DNA of 64,000 bases from the NCBI GenBank assembly GCA_028705215.1, contig JAQWDY010000001.1, positions 32,785 through 96,784 on the forward strand, given 5' to 3'. Source of the DNA: Patescibacteria group bacterium. Its GTDB lineage: Bacteria; Patescibacteriota; Patescibacteriia; Patescibacteriales; UBA12465. The position numbers were made by a program, and so were the translations under genes. Below are positions 38,791 through 49,896 of the stretch, one piece after another. Under the pieces are notes generated by a model, which saw only the letters and a program-made list of their open reading frames with translations, was not told the DNA's origin and made no database searches. Positions within the stretch are counted from its first letter, which is position 1; the number at the start of each line of letters is the position of its first letter.

Positions 38791-41421
38791 ATGAATAAAG
38801 AATTAGATAAAGTTTATAAGCCTTTAGAGAATGAGGATAAAATTTATAATAAATGGGAAAAATCGGGATTTTTTAATCCTGATAATTTAAATTTACCTGA
38901 AAGTGCAAAAAACTATACAATCATTCTCCCGCCACCCAATATTACCGCTAAATTACATTTAGGGCACGCGGCCATGTTGGCTATAGAAGACCTGCTTGTG
39001 CGCTATAAAAGGTTAAAAGGATTTAGAACTCTTTGGTTGCCAGGGACAGATCATGCGGCGATTGCTACCCAAAATGTAGTTGAGAAAAGAATTTGGCAGG
39101 AGCAAGGAAAAAATAGACATGATTTGGGGCGGGAAAAATTTCTTGAAGAAGTTTGGTCTTTTTTAGGCATAACTCAGGCCACTATACTACAACAAATAAA
39201 AAAAATGGGAGCCTCTTTAGATTGGTCACGCCTAGCTTTTACTCTTGATGAAAAAAGACAAAAAGCCGTTCGGGTGATGTTTAAAAACATGTATGATGAG
39301 GGCGTTATTTATCGCGGTGAAAGGCTAGTTAATTGGTGTCCTCGTTGTCATTCAACTTTAGCAGACGACGAAGTTGAATATAAAGAGGAAAAAGCAAAAC
39401 TTTATTGGTTAAAATATGGCCCCTTTGTTTTAGCGACGACAAGACCGGAGACAAAATTGGGAGACACGGCTGTAGCGGTTCATCCTGGTGACGAAAGATA
39501 TAAACAATATGTTGGCAAAGAATTGGAAATAGAGGGTGTGTTGGGCAAGTTTAAAGTAAAAGTGGTAGCAGATTATGCTGTTGATAAAGATTTTGGTTCA
39601 GGTGCTATCAAAGTTACCCCTGCTCATAGTTTTGTTGATGATGAAATAGCTCGTCGTCACAATTTAGCCAGCAAGAAAATTATCAATGAAGACGGTAAAA
39701 TGATGTCTAATTGTGGCAAATATGCTGGCTTAAGTAGCCGTGAAGCTCGTGCTGCGATTGTTTCTGACATGGAAGAAATGGGGCTAATTGATCATGTTGA
39801 CGAGAATTATGTTCATAACAGCGCACATTGTTATCGTTGTGGCACAGTTATTGAACCCCTGCCTTCAAAGCAATGGTTTATATCGGTTGATAAAAAACTA
39901 GATAGATTGGGAGGAAAATCATTAAAAGAAAAAGCAATGGAAGCGGCGCAAGATAAAATAATTGAATTTATTCCAAGTCGTTTTGAAAAAAGATACTTAG
40001 ATTGGATGAAGAATTTACATGATTGGTGTATTTCCCGTCAAATTTGGTTTGGTCATCAAATCCCTGTTTGGTATAAAGACAATGAAATTTATTGTGGCTT
40101 GGAAAAACCAAAAGATGAGGGATGGAAGCAAGACCCAGACACTCTTGATACTTGGTTTTCTTCTGGAATGTGGACATTTTCCACCCTTGGTTGGCCCGAT
40201 AATTTTGTTAATGGTGAAAAAGTTGGTGATTTAGCCAAGTTTCACCCAACACAATTACTTGAGACTGGTTATGAAATTATTACTCTTTGGGTATCAAGAA
40301 TGATAATGATGTCTTATTTTGCTATCAACGAACCACCCTTTGAACAAGTATACTTACATGGCATGGTTTTAGATAAAAAGGGAAAGAAAATGTCTAAGTC
40401 CAAGGGCAATGGCATTGATCCTTTAGAGATGGCAGAAACATTTGGCGCTGACGCGGTTCGTCTTTCGCTCTTGATGGGCTCTACACCAGGCAACGACACT
40501 CGTTTTAGTGAGGAAAAAATTGAAGCCAAAAGAAATTTTATCAATAAGCTGTGGAACATATCGCGCTTCATTCTTGACTATAGTAAGGATGAATTAGAAA
40601 AGAATATAGAAATTCAAAATTTGGAAATAAAAACAAGTGCTGATAAATGGATTTTATCAAGTTTGTTGGACCTTATTAATAAAACAGAAGAAAATTTAGA
40701 AAATAATAACTTCTCTTTAGCCGCTGAAGAATTGAATGATTTTACCTGGAATAAATTGGCTGATTGGTATTTAGAGGTGGCAAAAATTGAAAAAGGAAAA
40801 GAAAAAATATTAATATTTATATTGAGAAATATATTAAAATTGTGGCACCCTTTTATTCCCTTTGTTACCGAAGTTGTTTGGGGTAGCTTTAATGACAATT
40901 TATTAATGGTGGAAACTTGGCCTGAGGTTAATGAATTGAAAGAATTAGTTAAAAAATTTAATGATAATAATTTTTCAATAATACAAAATATTATTATTGC
41001 GATTCGTAATGCAAGAAGTGAAAATAAGGTAGAGCCAGCTAAAAAATTAGAGGCAGTAATTTTTGGACATGATAATAAAGAGTGTATTGCTAAAAACATA
41101 GATGTTATAAAGAGTTTAAAAACTAGCATTTCATCTTTAACGGTTTATGAAGAAGGCGATAAAATAGAAGGGTCAATTATGGCAACTTCACAGGGGGTGG
41201 AAATATTTCTTATTGGCGCCTTTGATCGAGATCAGGAATTACAAAGATTGCATAAAGAAGAAGAAAATCTAGATAAATTGATAAAAATTCAAGAAAGAAA
41301 GCTAAATAATGATGAATTTGTAAAAAAAGCACCAGAGACAGTTGTGGCACTAGAGCGCGATAAATTAGAAATATATAAAACAGAGCAAGCAAGAATAAAA
41401 AAAGCAATAAATAAACTATGA
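38791..41421 (+). CDS. valS: Valine--tRNA ligase
   Basis: PPPNITAKLHLGH, DWCISRQIWFGH, KMSKS, C-terminal coiled coil. Confidence 0.98.
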   Translation: MNKELDKVYKPLENEDKIYNKWEKSGFFNPDNLNLPESAKNYTIILPPPNITAKLHLGHAAMLAIEDLLVRYKRLKGFRTLWLPGTDHAAIATQNVVEKRIWQEQGKNRHDLGREKFLEEVWSFLGITQATILQQIKKMGASLDWSRLAFTLDEKRQKAVRVMFKNMYDEGVIYRGERLVNWCPRCHSTLADDEVEYKEEKAKLYWLKYGPFVLATTRPETKLGDTAVAVHPGDERYKQYVGKELEIEGVLGKFKVKVVADYAVDKDFGSGAIKVTPAHSFVDDEIARRHNLASKKIINEDGKMMSNCGKYAGLSSREARAAIVSDMEEMGLIDHVDENYVHNSAHCYRCGTVIEPLPSKQWFISVDKKLDRLGGKSLKEKAMEAAQDKIIEFIPSRFEKRYLDWMKNLHDWCISRQIWFGHQIPVWYKDNEIYCGLEKPKDEGWKQDPDTLDTWFSSGMWTFSTLGWPDNFVNGEKVGDLAKFHPTQLLETGYEIITLWVSRMIMMSYFAINEPPFEQVYLHGMVLDKKGKKMSKSKGNGIDPLEMAETFGADAVRLSLLMGSTPGNDTRFSEEKIEAKRNFINKLWNISRFILDYSKDELEKNIEIQNLEIKTSADKWILSSLLDLINKTEENLENNNFSLAAEELNDFTWNKLADWYLEVAKIEKGKEKILIFILRNILKLWHPFIPFVTEVVWGSFNDNLLMVETWPEVNELKELVKKFNDNNFSIIQNIIIAIRNARSENKVEPAKKLEAVIFGHDNKECIAKNIDVIKSLKTSISSLTVYEEGDKIEGSIMATSQGVEIFLIGAFDRDQELQRLHKEEENLDKLIKIQERKLNNDEFVKKAPETVVALERDKLEIYKTEQARIKKAINKL

Positions 41422-41798
41422 CTTTAAAGAATTATTTATTTGTGATGTCAGTGCTAACAGCAATTTGCTGGGCGATTTTCTTTTTTGTAGCCGACATTAT
41501 TAATCCTTTTTCTACAAACTGGTTGGGGTTTTTACTTTTTTATGCCTCACTTTTTATTGCTCTGGTGGGCCTCTGTACTTTAGTTGGTTTTTTGATTAGA
41601 TTTGTAATTTTAAAGAAGGGGTTAGCCTTTAATTTAGTAAAACTATCTTTTCGACAATCATTTTTGTTTGCACTTTTTTTAGTTCTCTCTTTATTTTTAC
41701 AAGCAAACAATTTATTAACTTGGTTAAATTTGATATTTTTAATTATGACATTCTCAGTTTTAGAAATATTTTTATTAAGTAACAAGAAAAAACGTTAA
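41418..41798 (+). CDS. Conserved hypothetical 4-TM membrane protein
   Basis: Hydrophobic ORF coupled to valS and pheS, contains SFRQ. Confidence 0.8.
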   Translation: MTLKNYLFVMSVLTAICWAIFFFVADIINPFSTNWLGFLLFYASLFIALVGLCTLVGFLIRFVILKKGLAFNLVKLSFRQSFLFALFLVLSLFLQANNLLTWLNLIFLIMTFSVLEIFLLSNKKKR

Positions 41799-41802
41799 TT
41801 AT

Positions 41803-42831
41803 ATGAAAAGTAAGTTGCAAAATTTAAAAGATGAAATATTAGAAAAGATTAATGAAATTAAATCGGAGGCTGATGTAAAAGAAATAGAATTAAGATATTT
41901 TTCTCGTAAGGGAGAAATTAGCGAAATCATGCACAGTTTAAAAGATTTAAGTTTAGAGCTGCGTAAAGAATTTGGAGTATTGGCTAATAAAACAAAAAAA
42001 GAATTAGAAGAAGCTTTTTCTAAGGTAAAAAATAATTTTTCAAATGATGAAAATTGTGAAAACCTAGACATTACTTTACCAGGAGTGGCGATGAAAAGAG
42101 GTCATCTTCATCCAATTACTATTATTCAAAGAGAGGTGGAGGATTTATTTACTGGCTTGGGTTTTTCTATTATCTCTGGGCCAGAATTAGAAAGCGATTA
42201 TTTTAATTTTACCGCCCTTAACATGCCGCCACTTCATCCAGCTCGTGATATGCAGGACACTTTTTATGTTACAAACGGAAAAGATGATAATGAAGAATTG
42301 GACATGGTTATGAGAACTCATACATCGCCGGTGCAAATAAGGGCTATGCAAAAATACGGCGCCCCTTTAAAAGCGATAATTCCGGGAAGATGTTTTCGTA
42401 ATGAAGCGACAGACGCTAGACATGAACACACCTTTTATCAATTTGAAGGATTAATGGTGGGTGAGAATATAAATTTTTCTAACTTAAAAAATTTATTAGA
42501 AATAGTCGGTATAAAATTATTTGGACCAGAGACTAAATTGAGAATGAGGCCAAAGTTTTTTCCTTTTGTTGAGCCGGGAAACAATGGTGAATATACTTGT
42601 TTTTTATGTAACGGCAAGGGTTGTAAAGTTTGCAAACAGACTGGTTGGCTAGAAATAGTCGGAGCAGGTCTAATTCATCCCAATGTTTTAAGAGCTGGCG
42701 GAATTGACCCAGAAAAATATTCAGGATTAGCTTTTGGCTTTGGTCTGACAAGACTGGCGATGTTAAAATACGGAGTTAATGATACGAGATTATTTAATAG
42801 TGGAGATTTGAAATTTCTTCAACAATTTTAA
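41803..42831 (+). CDS. pheS: Phenylalanine--tRNA ligase alpha subunit
   Basis: GHLHP, HPARDMQDTFY, RTHTSPVQ, FPFVEP, AFGFGLTRLAM. Confidence 0.98.
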   Translation: MKSKLQNLKDEILEKINEIKSEADVKEIELRYFSRKGEISEIMHSLKDLSLELRKEFGVLANKTKKELEEAFSKVKNNFSNDENCENLDITLPGVAMKRGHLHPITIIQREVEDLFTGLGFSIISGPELESDYFNFTALNMPPLHPARDMQDTFYVTNGKDDNEELDMVMRTHTSPVQIRAMQKYGAPLKAIIPGRCFRNEATDARHEHTFYQFEGLMVGENINFSNLKNLLEIVGIKLFGPETKLRMRPKFFPFVEPGNNGEYTCFLCNGKGCKVCKQTGWLEIVGAGLIHPNVLRAGGIDPEKYSGLAFGFGLTRLAMLKYGVNDTRLFNSGDLKFLQQF

Positions 42832-42835
42832 TTAT

Positions 42836-45268
42836 ATGTATATTTCTTATAATTGGTTACAAGATTATATTAAGCTTTCACCGAAACATGATTATAATGA
42901 GGTGGCAAATAAATTGACATACCACACAGTTGAGGTTGAAGCAACAAAAAATCAAAAAGATATTTTTTCTAAAGTGGTTGTAGGAAAAGTTTTAGAAGTT
43001 AGCAAACATCCTAATGCTGATAAATTAAGCTTAGTTTCAGTTGATATAAAAGAGAGGATTTTAAAAATTGTTTGCGGCGCTCCTAATGTGGCAAGTGGAC
43101 AAATGGTTCCAGTGGCCTTAGATGGAGCGATTTTGCCAGGTGATTTTGAGATAAAAACTAGCAAAATTAGAGGCGAGTTGTCTGAAGGCATGATTTGCGC
43201 TGAAGATGAACTTGGCTTAGGTTTTGAGCATAGCGGGATTATGGTTTTAAACGAAAAAGCAAAAGTTGGTGAAGATTTTTCAGATTACTTAAAAATGGAT
43301 GATGTTATTTTGGAAATTGATAATAAGTCTTTATCAAATCGTCCTGATCTTTTAAATCATTATGGAATTGCTCGTGAGCTGTCAGTGTTATTAAACGCCA
43401 CCTTAAAACCTTTAGATAAAATTGTTAATGGTAAGAATGAAATAAAATTTAATGAAAAAGATAAATTCAAGGTTGAAGTTTTAGATAAAGAGGCTTGTCC
43501 TCGGTATATGGCTATAAAAATAGATAATATTAAAATAGGGCCATCACCTGATTGGCTAAAGGAGAGATTGGTAGCTATTAATCAGCGCCCAGTAAATAAT
43601 ATTGTTGATATTGCTAATTATGTAATGTTTGAATTAGGTCAACCTTTACACACCTTTGACGCTGCTTATGTTGATAAAATAGAGGTAAGAAAAGCTTTGA
43701 ATAATGAAAAAGTAGAAACAATAGACAAGAAAGAAAGACAATTGTGCTCTGATGATTTAGTAATTACAAATGGTGAAAAAATTATTGCAATAGCTGGTGT
43801 TATGGGAAGCGCTGAGAGTCAAATCAGTGATAAATCAACCGCCTTAGTTCTGGAATCGGCTAATTTTTCTGCAGGAGTTGTTAGAAAAACTGCACAGCGC
43901 TTAAGTTTGCGATCAGAAGCATCTTTGCGTTATGAGAAATCACTAGATCCAAATTTAACAGAAGTGGCCCTTAGGCGATTTGTTGCCTTATTAAATGAGG
44001 TCTGTCCGGACGCAAAGATTATCGGAACAGGGGTAGATATTTATTCCAATAAGCATGTTGAGAAAAAAATAAAACTTAATTATTCCTGGTTGACTGCTAA
44101 AATTGGCCAAGAAATACCTAAAAAAGAAGCATTAAAATCATTAAGGGAATTAGGTTTTATTTGCGAAGAGGGCGATGATGATGAGATTGAGGTTGTGGTT
44201 CCTTCATGGCGCGCCACCAAGGATATAAAAGAAAAAGAAGATGTCGTAGAAGAGGTGTTAAGAATTTATGGCTATGATAATATAAAATCTAGCTTGCCAA
44301 AAGAAGAGCTATCGCTACCAATTGATAATCAAGAAAGACTACTTGAAAGAAAAATAAAAGACATGCTCTATTCCCAATTTCTTTTAACCGAGGTTTACAA
44401 CTACTCTTTTGTGGGAGAAGAACAACTGAAAAAACTTAATATTGATTATTTTAATCATCTTAAAATAGCTAATCCTTTGTCCGAGTTAAATAGTATGTTG
44501 CGCCAGTCATTGGTGCCCGGCTTGTTTTCTAATATAAAAAATAATCAGTCAAAATCTGATGATTTGAGTTTTTTTGAAGTTGGAAATGTATTTTTCAATT
44601 TACCCGGAGAGTATGTTAAAAATGTTTCAGGGGAAAAAAAGTTACCTTATCAAGAAAAAAGGCTGGGCGTTATTTTAGCGGGGAAAAATAAAGAAGTTTT
44701 TTCTCAATTAAAAAATATAACCTCTAATTTATTAACTTGGCTTTTTAATCTTGATAATGATGTTGTTTATTTAAACTTTGATAATCACCCAGGTTGGGCG
44801 GATGAAAAATTAGTGGCACAGGTCTCTGTTGCGGGCAAAAGCATTGGTTGGTTGGGCCTAGGAAGCAGCGATGTTAAAAAAAATCTTAATTTAAAGATGG
44901 AAACAGCGGTATTGGAGATCAATTGTAATAGCCTGTTTTCTTTGTTACTAGAACAAGCTCCTTTTAAAATAAAAGAAGCTGTAAAATATCCACCAGTTAC
45001 ACGTGACCTTAGCTTTGTGCTTCCTGATAAAATATTATATAATGATATTAAAGATGTTCTAATATCTTTCCATCCTTTAATTAAGTCAGTTGAATTATTT
45101 GATACCTATAAGGGCAACAAGCTGCCATCTGATAAAAAAAGTTTAGCATTCCATTTAGTTTATCAATCAGAGGAAAAAACGTTAACTTCAAACGAGGTCG
45201 ATAAAATTCAAAAAGAATTAGTTGAAAAAATTGTTGAAAAATTTGGAGCACAATTAAGAGACTTTTAA
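42836..45268 (+). CDS. pheT: Phenylalanine--tRNA ligase beta subunit
   Basis: HPNADKL, VCGAPN, NRPDLL, EEVLRIYGYD, RDLSF. Confidence 0.98.
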   Translation: MYISYNWLQDYIKLSPKHDYNEVANKLTYHTVEVEATKNQKDIFSKVVVGKVLEVSKHPNADKLSLVSVDIKERILKIVCGAPNVASGQMVPVALDGAILPGDFEIKTSKIRGELSEGMICAEDELGLGFEHSGIMVLNEKAKVGEDFSDYLKMDDVILEIDNKSLSNRPDLLNHYGIARELSVLLNATLKPLDKIVNGKNEIKFNEKDKFKVEVLDKEACPRYMAIKIDNIKIGPSPDWLKERLVAINQRPVNNIVDIANYVMFELGQPLHTFDAAYVDKIEVRKALNNEKVETIDKKERQLCSDDLVITNGEKIIAIAGVMGSAESQISDKSTALVLESANFSAGVVRKTAQRLSLRSEASLRYEKSLDPNLTEVALRRFVALLNEVCPDAKIIGTGVDIYSNKHVEKKIKLNYSWLTAKIGQEIPKKEALKSLRELGFICEEGDDDEIEVVVPSWRATKDIKEKEDVVEEVLRIYGYDNIKSSLPKEELSLPIDNQERLLERKIKDMLYSQFLLTEVYNYSFVGEEQLKKLNIDYFNHLKIANPLSELNSMLRQSLVPGLFSNIKNNQSKSDDLSFFEVGNVFFNLPGEYVKNVSGEKKLPYQEKRLGVILAGKNKEVFSQLKNITSNLLTWLFNLDNDVVYLNFDNHPGWADEKLVAQVSVAGKSIGWLGLGSSDVKKNLNLKMETAVLEINCNSLFSLLLEQAPFKIKEAVKYPPVTRDLSFVLPDKILYNDIKDVLISFHPLIKSVELFDTYKGNKLPSDKKSLAFHLVYQSEEKTLTSNEVDKIQKELVEKIVEKFGAQLRDF

Positions 45269-45284
45269 TTTAATTTAAAAATAT

Positions 45285-45596
45285 ATGTTTTCAACATCTG
45301 GCGACATTTTAAATTTAGTGTTGGCGGTTTGCATAACCGTGTTAACCGTTTTCTTAGTAATGGCTTTATATTATGTTGTGTCAGGTGTGCGTAAGGCATT
45401 TCGGTTAATTGATAGAATTGAATCAGGAGTGAGTAAGGCAGAGGAACTACTCACACTTGTAAGAGATAAGGTAAAAAGTGGCTCAGCTTATGTGATGTTA
45501 TTTACCGAAGCCGCCAAGCAAGTAATAAAAATTGCGAAAGATAACGAATGGCTCTATAGAACAAAAAAGAAAGAGAAGAAGCAAAAGAAAAGCTAA
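45285..45596 (+). CDS. Hypothetical single-TM protein
   Basis: N-terminal TM plus helical tail; follows pheT. Confidence 0.75.
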   Translation: MFSTSGDILNLVLAVCITVLTVFLVMALYYVVSGVRKAFRLIDRIESGVSKAEELLTLVRDKVKSGSAYVMLFTEAAKQVIKIAKDNEWLYRTKKKEKKQKKS

Positions 45597-45610
45597 AATA
45601 GACAAAGTAT

Positions 45611-45642
45611 AAAAAAATAGCGGATAAAACCGCTATTTTTTT
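45611..45642. terminator. Bidirectional terminator
   Basis: AAAAAAATAGCGG-ATAAAA-CCGCTATTTTTTT. Confidence 0.8.
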
Positions 45643-47839
45643 ATTTACAATCTTTATTGCTACATTTTTCTTTGCCTGCTTTTGTAAATATCATCAGGGC
45701 GCCACATTTTTTACAAGTTTTTCCACTTGGTTCGCCTTGATAAGCATTTTTACATTGCGGATAATTATCGCAAGCGTAAAAAACACCACGACGACTTATT
45801 TTTTTTACTATTTTGCCTTGTTGGCAAATAGGGCAAGTTACTGGCTCAACATTGTTATCAGAAATGTTTTTTATATTTTTGCATTTAGGGTAGGCGCTGC
45901 AGGCAAGGAAGGGGCCATATTTACCCACTTTAACTTTCATTAAAGCGCCACATTTATCACAAACTTGATCATTATATTTTTCTTCCAAAGCTTTTATTTG
46001 TGGGCTTACCTCTTTTTGTGCTTCTTCTTTCTTGTTAAGACTTTTTATATTTTTGCATTTAGGGTAGGCGCTGCAGGCAAGGAATTTTCCATATCTGCCA
46101 GTTTTAATTATCATTGGCGCTCCGCATTTATCGCATTTTTCGTTTGATTCTTCAATGGGCATAATTTCTTCTTTTTTTATTTCTTTATATTTATTTTCTA
46201 AATTGTCAGCGAAATCTTGGTAGAATTCAGAAATTAAAGGTTGCCATTTTTTATTGCCACTAGCGACCATATCTAACCCGGTTTCCATTTCTGCGGTAAA
46301 GTGGTAATCAACTATTTGAGGGAAATGTAGTACCAACAAATCGTTAACAACAAAAGCTATTTCTGTTGGCTTTAGACGTTTAGAGTCATCTCTTTCTACA
46401 TAGTTTCTGGTAATAACGGTGTTGATAGTAGGGGCATAAGTTGAAGGTCTTCCAATTCCGTGTTTTTCCATTTGTTTGATTAATCCAGCATCAGAGTAGC
46501 GAGCCGGGGGAACAGTTTCGTGTTTATCGGTAGTTATTTTTATAAGCTCTAGCTTCTCATCGCGCTGCACTACAGGTAAGTTTTGTTCTTTAGTTTTCTC
46601 TGGCCAAATCTTAAGATAACCAGGAAAGACAATTACTTGTCCATTTGCCCTGAAAAGATAATTATCTTTTCCTTGAGCAATTGTATCAATTGTGGTGCTA
46701 TTTATTTTAGCTGACGCCATTTGACTAGCGAGCGCTCTTTGCCAAATTAATTTATATAACCTGCTTTCGCCACTTTCTAGTTTTTCTCCGATTATTTCTG
46801 GAGTTTTTTCTACTTCAGTCGGTCTGATAGCCTCATGCGCTTCTTGAGCATTCTTATTTTTGTTAATAAAGCTATTTTTGTTACCATTGTATTCTTTTCC
46901 TAAGTTGTTTGTAATCCAGTAGTTAGCGGCGTTGGTAAATTTAGAAGAGAGATTTAATGAATCGGTCCTCATGTAGGTAATATAACCTTTCTCGTATAAT
47001 TTTTGTGCAAGAGTCATGGTTTGTTTTGCACTATAACCTAAATAGCGATTAGCGGTTTGTTGTAGAGTTGAGGTTATAAAGGGAGGAAGAGGATTTTTTT
47101 TACTTTCCTTCTGTTCTATTTTTATGATTTTAAATAAAGCTGATTTTAAATCTTTTTCTATTTGTTTTGCGGTAGACTCTTTTAATTCTAGTTTACCTAA
47201 GGTTTTATCATTTTTCTTTATCAAATTTGATATAAAAATGTCCCCGTTTAAAGTTTTTAAATCAGCTGAAATTGTCCAATATTCTTCACTTATAAATTTT
47301 TGGATTTCTCGCTCTCTTTCAACAATAATTCTAATAGCGACGCTTTGAACTCTGCCAGCTGACAACCCTTTAGTCACCTTTTTCCATAAAAATGGAGACA
47401 GTTTATAGCCAACTAACCTATCAAGAACACGTCTTGCCTGTTGAGCGTCAACCATGTTTGAGTTAATATCACGCGGATTACTCAATGCTTCTAAAATAGC
47501 ATCTTTAGTAATTTCATGAAAAACAATTCGATTGCTTTTATTTTTCAAAGATAGGGCTTGGCTAAGATGCCAGGCAATTGCCTCTCCTTCGCGATCTTCA
47601 TCGGAAGCTAAAATTACTTTATTTGCTTTTTTGGTTAAAGATTTTAAATTGGCAATCGTTTTTTTTGCTTTAGCAGGAATAACGTAGTGAGGTTCAAAAT
47701 TATTTTCAATATCAACGCCTAATTCTTTAACGGGTAAATCTCTAATATGACCAAAAGAAGACTCCACTTTGTAATCTTTTGGTAAAAACTTGCTAATTGT
47801 TTTTGCTTTTGTGGGCGACTCAACAATTATTAAATCCAT
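45641..47839 (-). CDS. topA: DNA topoisomerase I
   Basis: IVESPTKAKTI, DEDREGE, SAGRVQS, ITYMRTDS, C-terminal zinc ribbons. Confidence 0.98.
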   Translation of the reverse strand: MDLIIVESPTKAKTISKFLPKDYKVESSFGHIRDLPVKELGVDIENNFEPHYVIPAKAKKTIANLKSLTKKANKVILASDEDREGEAIAWHLSQALSLKNKSNRIVFHEITKDAILEALSNPRDINSNMVDAQQARRVLDRLVGYKLSPFLWKKVTKGLSAGRVQSVAIRIIVEREREIQKFISEEYWTISADLKTLNGDIFISNLIKKNDKTLGKLELKESTAKQIEKDLKSALFKIIKIEQKESKKNPLPPFITSTLQQTANRYLGYSAKQTMTLAQKLYEKGYITYMRTDSLNLSSKFTNAANYWITNNLGKEYNGNKNSFINKNKNAQEAHEAIRPTEVEKTPEIIGEKLESGESRLYKLIWQRALASQMASAKINSTTIDTIAQGKDNYLFRANGQVIVFPGYLKIWPEKTKEQNLPVVQRDEKLELIKITTDKHETVPPARYSDAGLIKQMEKHGIGRPSTYAPTINTVITRNYVERDDSKRLKPTEIAFVVNDLLVLHFPQIVDYHFTAEMETGLDMVASGNKKWQPLISEFYQDFADNLENKYKEIKKEEIMPIEESNEKCDKCGAPMIIKTGRYGKFLACSAYPKCKNIKSLNKKEEAQKEVSPQIKALEEKYNDQVCDKCGALMKVKVGKYGPFLACSAYPKCKNIKNISDNNVEPVTCPICQQGKIVKKISRRGVFYACDNYPQCKNAYQGEPSGKTCKKCGALMIFTKAGKEKCSNKDCK

Positions 47840-47923
47840 AAACTTATAATTAATTTCGATAGTTTAATATTATAAAGTGTACTATTTATACTTTTGCTGT
47901 CAAGCTAGTTACAATAAAACCCA

Positions 47924-48475
47924 CTAAATTAGAGGGTTTTTTGTTTGGAATTTGGAAAATAAATCTTTTAACATCTCTTGTTCTTGTTGTGAAAAATTTT
48001 GTAAAACAAATTTTTCTGGAGGAATGTGTTTTTTCAAGAATTCATTTTTTATACCAATTTTTATTCTGGTGAAATTTTTGGTTTTTAGATGTTTAATGAT
48101 TGAATCAATGCCATGGTGTCCAGCGCTTCTCGAATTTTTTATTACTTTAATTTTACCAAAATCTAAATCCAAATCATCATGAACAACTGTTAATATCTCT
48201 GAAAGGTCCTGCTCTTTTTTGGTAAATAAGCCTAATCTTTTTGGAATAAGACCATAGAAATCTAGAATTTTTCTAACACTTTCTCCGGAAAGATTCATAT
48301 ATGTTAATGGTTTAACATAAAAAGTATTAGCGTCTTTATAGATTAGAGCTTTAAATTTTTTTTCTTCTTGCCAAGTGGCATTTTTTAACAAGTTGTCTAA
48401 AAAAAACCAGCCAGCATTATGGCGACTTTTTTCATATTTATTTCCTGGATTACCTAAGGCAACTATAATTTTCAT
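47924..48475 (-). CDS. pth: Peptidyl-tRNA hydrolase
   Basis: LGNPG, RHNAG, KPLTYMNLSG, VVHDDLD, GHHG. Confidence 0.96.
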   Translation of the reverse strand: MKIIVALGNPGNKYEKSRHNAGWFFLDNLLKNATWQEEKKFKALIYKDANTFYVKPLTYMNLSGESVRKILDFYGLIPKRLGLFTKKEQDLSEILTVVHDDLDLDFGKIKVIKNSRSAGHHGIDSIIKHLKTKNFTRIKIGIKNEFLKKHIPPEKFVLQNFSQQEQEMLKDLFSKFQTKNPLI

Positions 48476-48480
48476 ACAAT

Positions 48481-49893
48481 TTAATTAGAATAAGTGGTAT
48501 GTGATTTCTTATTTTTAGTAACTACCATTTTTATGGGTGTGCCTAAAAATCCAAATCTTTCCCTAAGTCTATTTTCCATAAAACGAACGTAGGAGAAATG
48601 TAAATTGTCATCTGGCCCAATTCTTATTATAAAAGTCGGAGGATTATTTTTTGTTTGCCTAAACTCATAAATGCGTGGCGCTTTTAAACCTTTGCCTTTA
48701 GCTGGTTTGTGTATTTTTATTACTCTTTTCATGAATTTTTCTGCTTGTGAATCACTAATCTGCATTGATCTGCCAGCATAAACATTTAAAATTATATCCA
48801 TAACTTTTTGCACCTTTTCTCCGGTTTTAGCGGATATAAATTGAAGTGGCGCCCAAGTAGCAAAGGGCATTTTATCATATAAATATTCGGACCATTTCTT
48901 TGTGTCCCTATCTTCTACAGCGTCCCATTTGTTAGCAATAATAATGAAACTTATTTGTCTTTCTATAATTTCTTCAACTAATTTTAAGTCTTGATGAGTG
49001 ATGGGCTCGCTAATGTCAACAACCAATAAGGCAATGTCGGCCTTATCTAATGACTTTAAAGATTTTATAATTCCTGGTTTTTCCAAGCCTTTTGTTTTTT
49101 GCCCCTTTTTTGAAATGCCAGCGGTATCAATTAATCTAATTTTGTTATCTTGATAAATAATATCAGTGTGTTGAGGCTCTCTTGTTGTGTGAGCGATAGG
49201 GCTAACAATAACTCTCTCATAACCGAGAATAGAATTTAAAAAAGATGATTTACCCACATTGGGCTTACCAATTAAACAAACATTAATTAAACTTTCGTTT
49301 TCTTCTGGGGCAGCATAAGGCCTTATCTCCTTTTTGCTTTTTTTAAGAATGCTAATAATTTTATCTAGCAAATCACCAGTTTGCGAACCACTGGCCGCAG
49401 AAACAGGAATAGGTTCGCCGAGATTAAGTTTGTTAAATTGAGCGGTTTCAGGAGAGAGATGAAAGCTGTCAACCTTATTGGCGACTAGGATTGTTTTTTT
49501 TCGATATTTTTCTACCTTATTGATAGTTTTAGCAAGAATGATATCTTCAGGCATTAAGCCAGCTTTAGTGTCCACTAAAAAAATTAAGACCTCAGCTTCA
49601 TCTAAATATTTTTTAGCCTGTCTTTGTGTTTTAGAATCGATATCATCATCATCTAAAACTATTTTTTTTCTTGTTAAATACACAGCGTCTAATAAACCAG
49701 CAGTGTCAACTAATTGGAAAGCACTTTTTGCCCACTCAACAATTCCTAAATTACTGTCTCGGGTGGTACCAGAAATATCAGAAACTAGAGCTTGTTTATT
49801 TTCAATCAAGCAATTAAAAAGAGTTGATTTGCCCACATTAGTCCGACCACAGATTACAACCAGCGGCAATTTATTTGTTTCAATTTTTTTCAT
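48481..49893 (-). CDS. der: Ribosome biogenesis GTPase Der/EngA
   Basis: Two G domains (GRTNVGKS, GKPNVGKS; DTAG; NKVD/NKWD). Confidence 0.96.
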   Translation of the reverse strand: MKKIETNKLPLVVICGRTNVGKSTLFNCLIENKQALVSDISGTTRDSNLGIVEWAKSAFQLVDTAGLLDAVYLTRKKIVLDDDDIDSKTQRQAKKYLDEAEVLIFLVDTKAGLMPEDIILAKTINKVEKYRKKTILVANKVDSFHLSPETAQFNKLNLGEPIPVSAASGSQTGDLLDKIISILKKSKKEIRPYAAPEENESLINVCLIGKPNVGKSSFLNSILGYERVIVSPIAHTTREPQHTDIIYQDNKIRLIDTAGISKKGQKTKGLEKPGIIKSLKSLDKADIALLVVDISEPITHQDLKLVEEIIERQISFIIIANKWDAVEDRDTKKWSEYLYDKMPFATWAPLQFISAKTGEKVQKVMDIILNVYAGRSMQISDSQAEKFMKRVIKIHKPAKGKGLKAPRIYEFRQTKNNPPTFIIRIGPDDNLHFSYVRFMENRLRERFGFLGTPIKMVVTKNKKSHTTYSN

Positions 49894-49896
49894 ATT

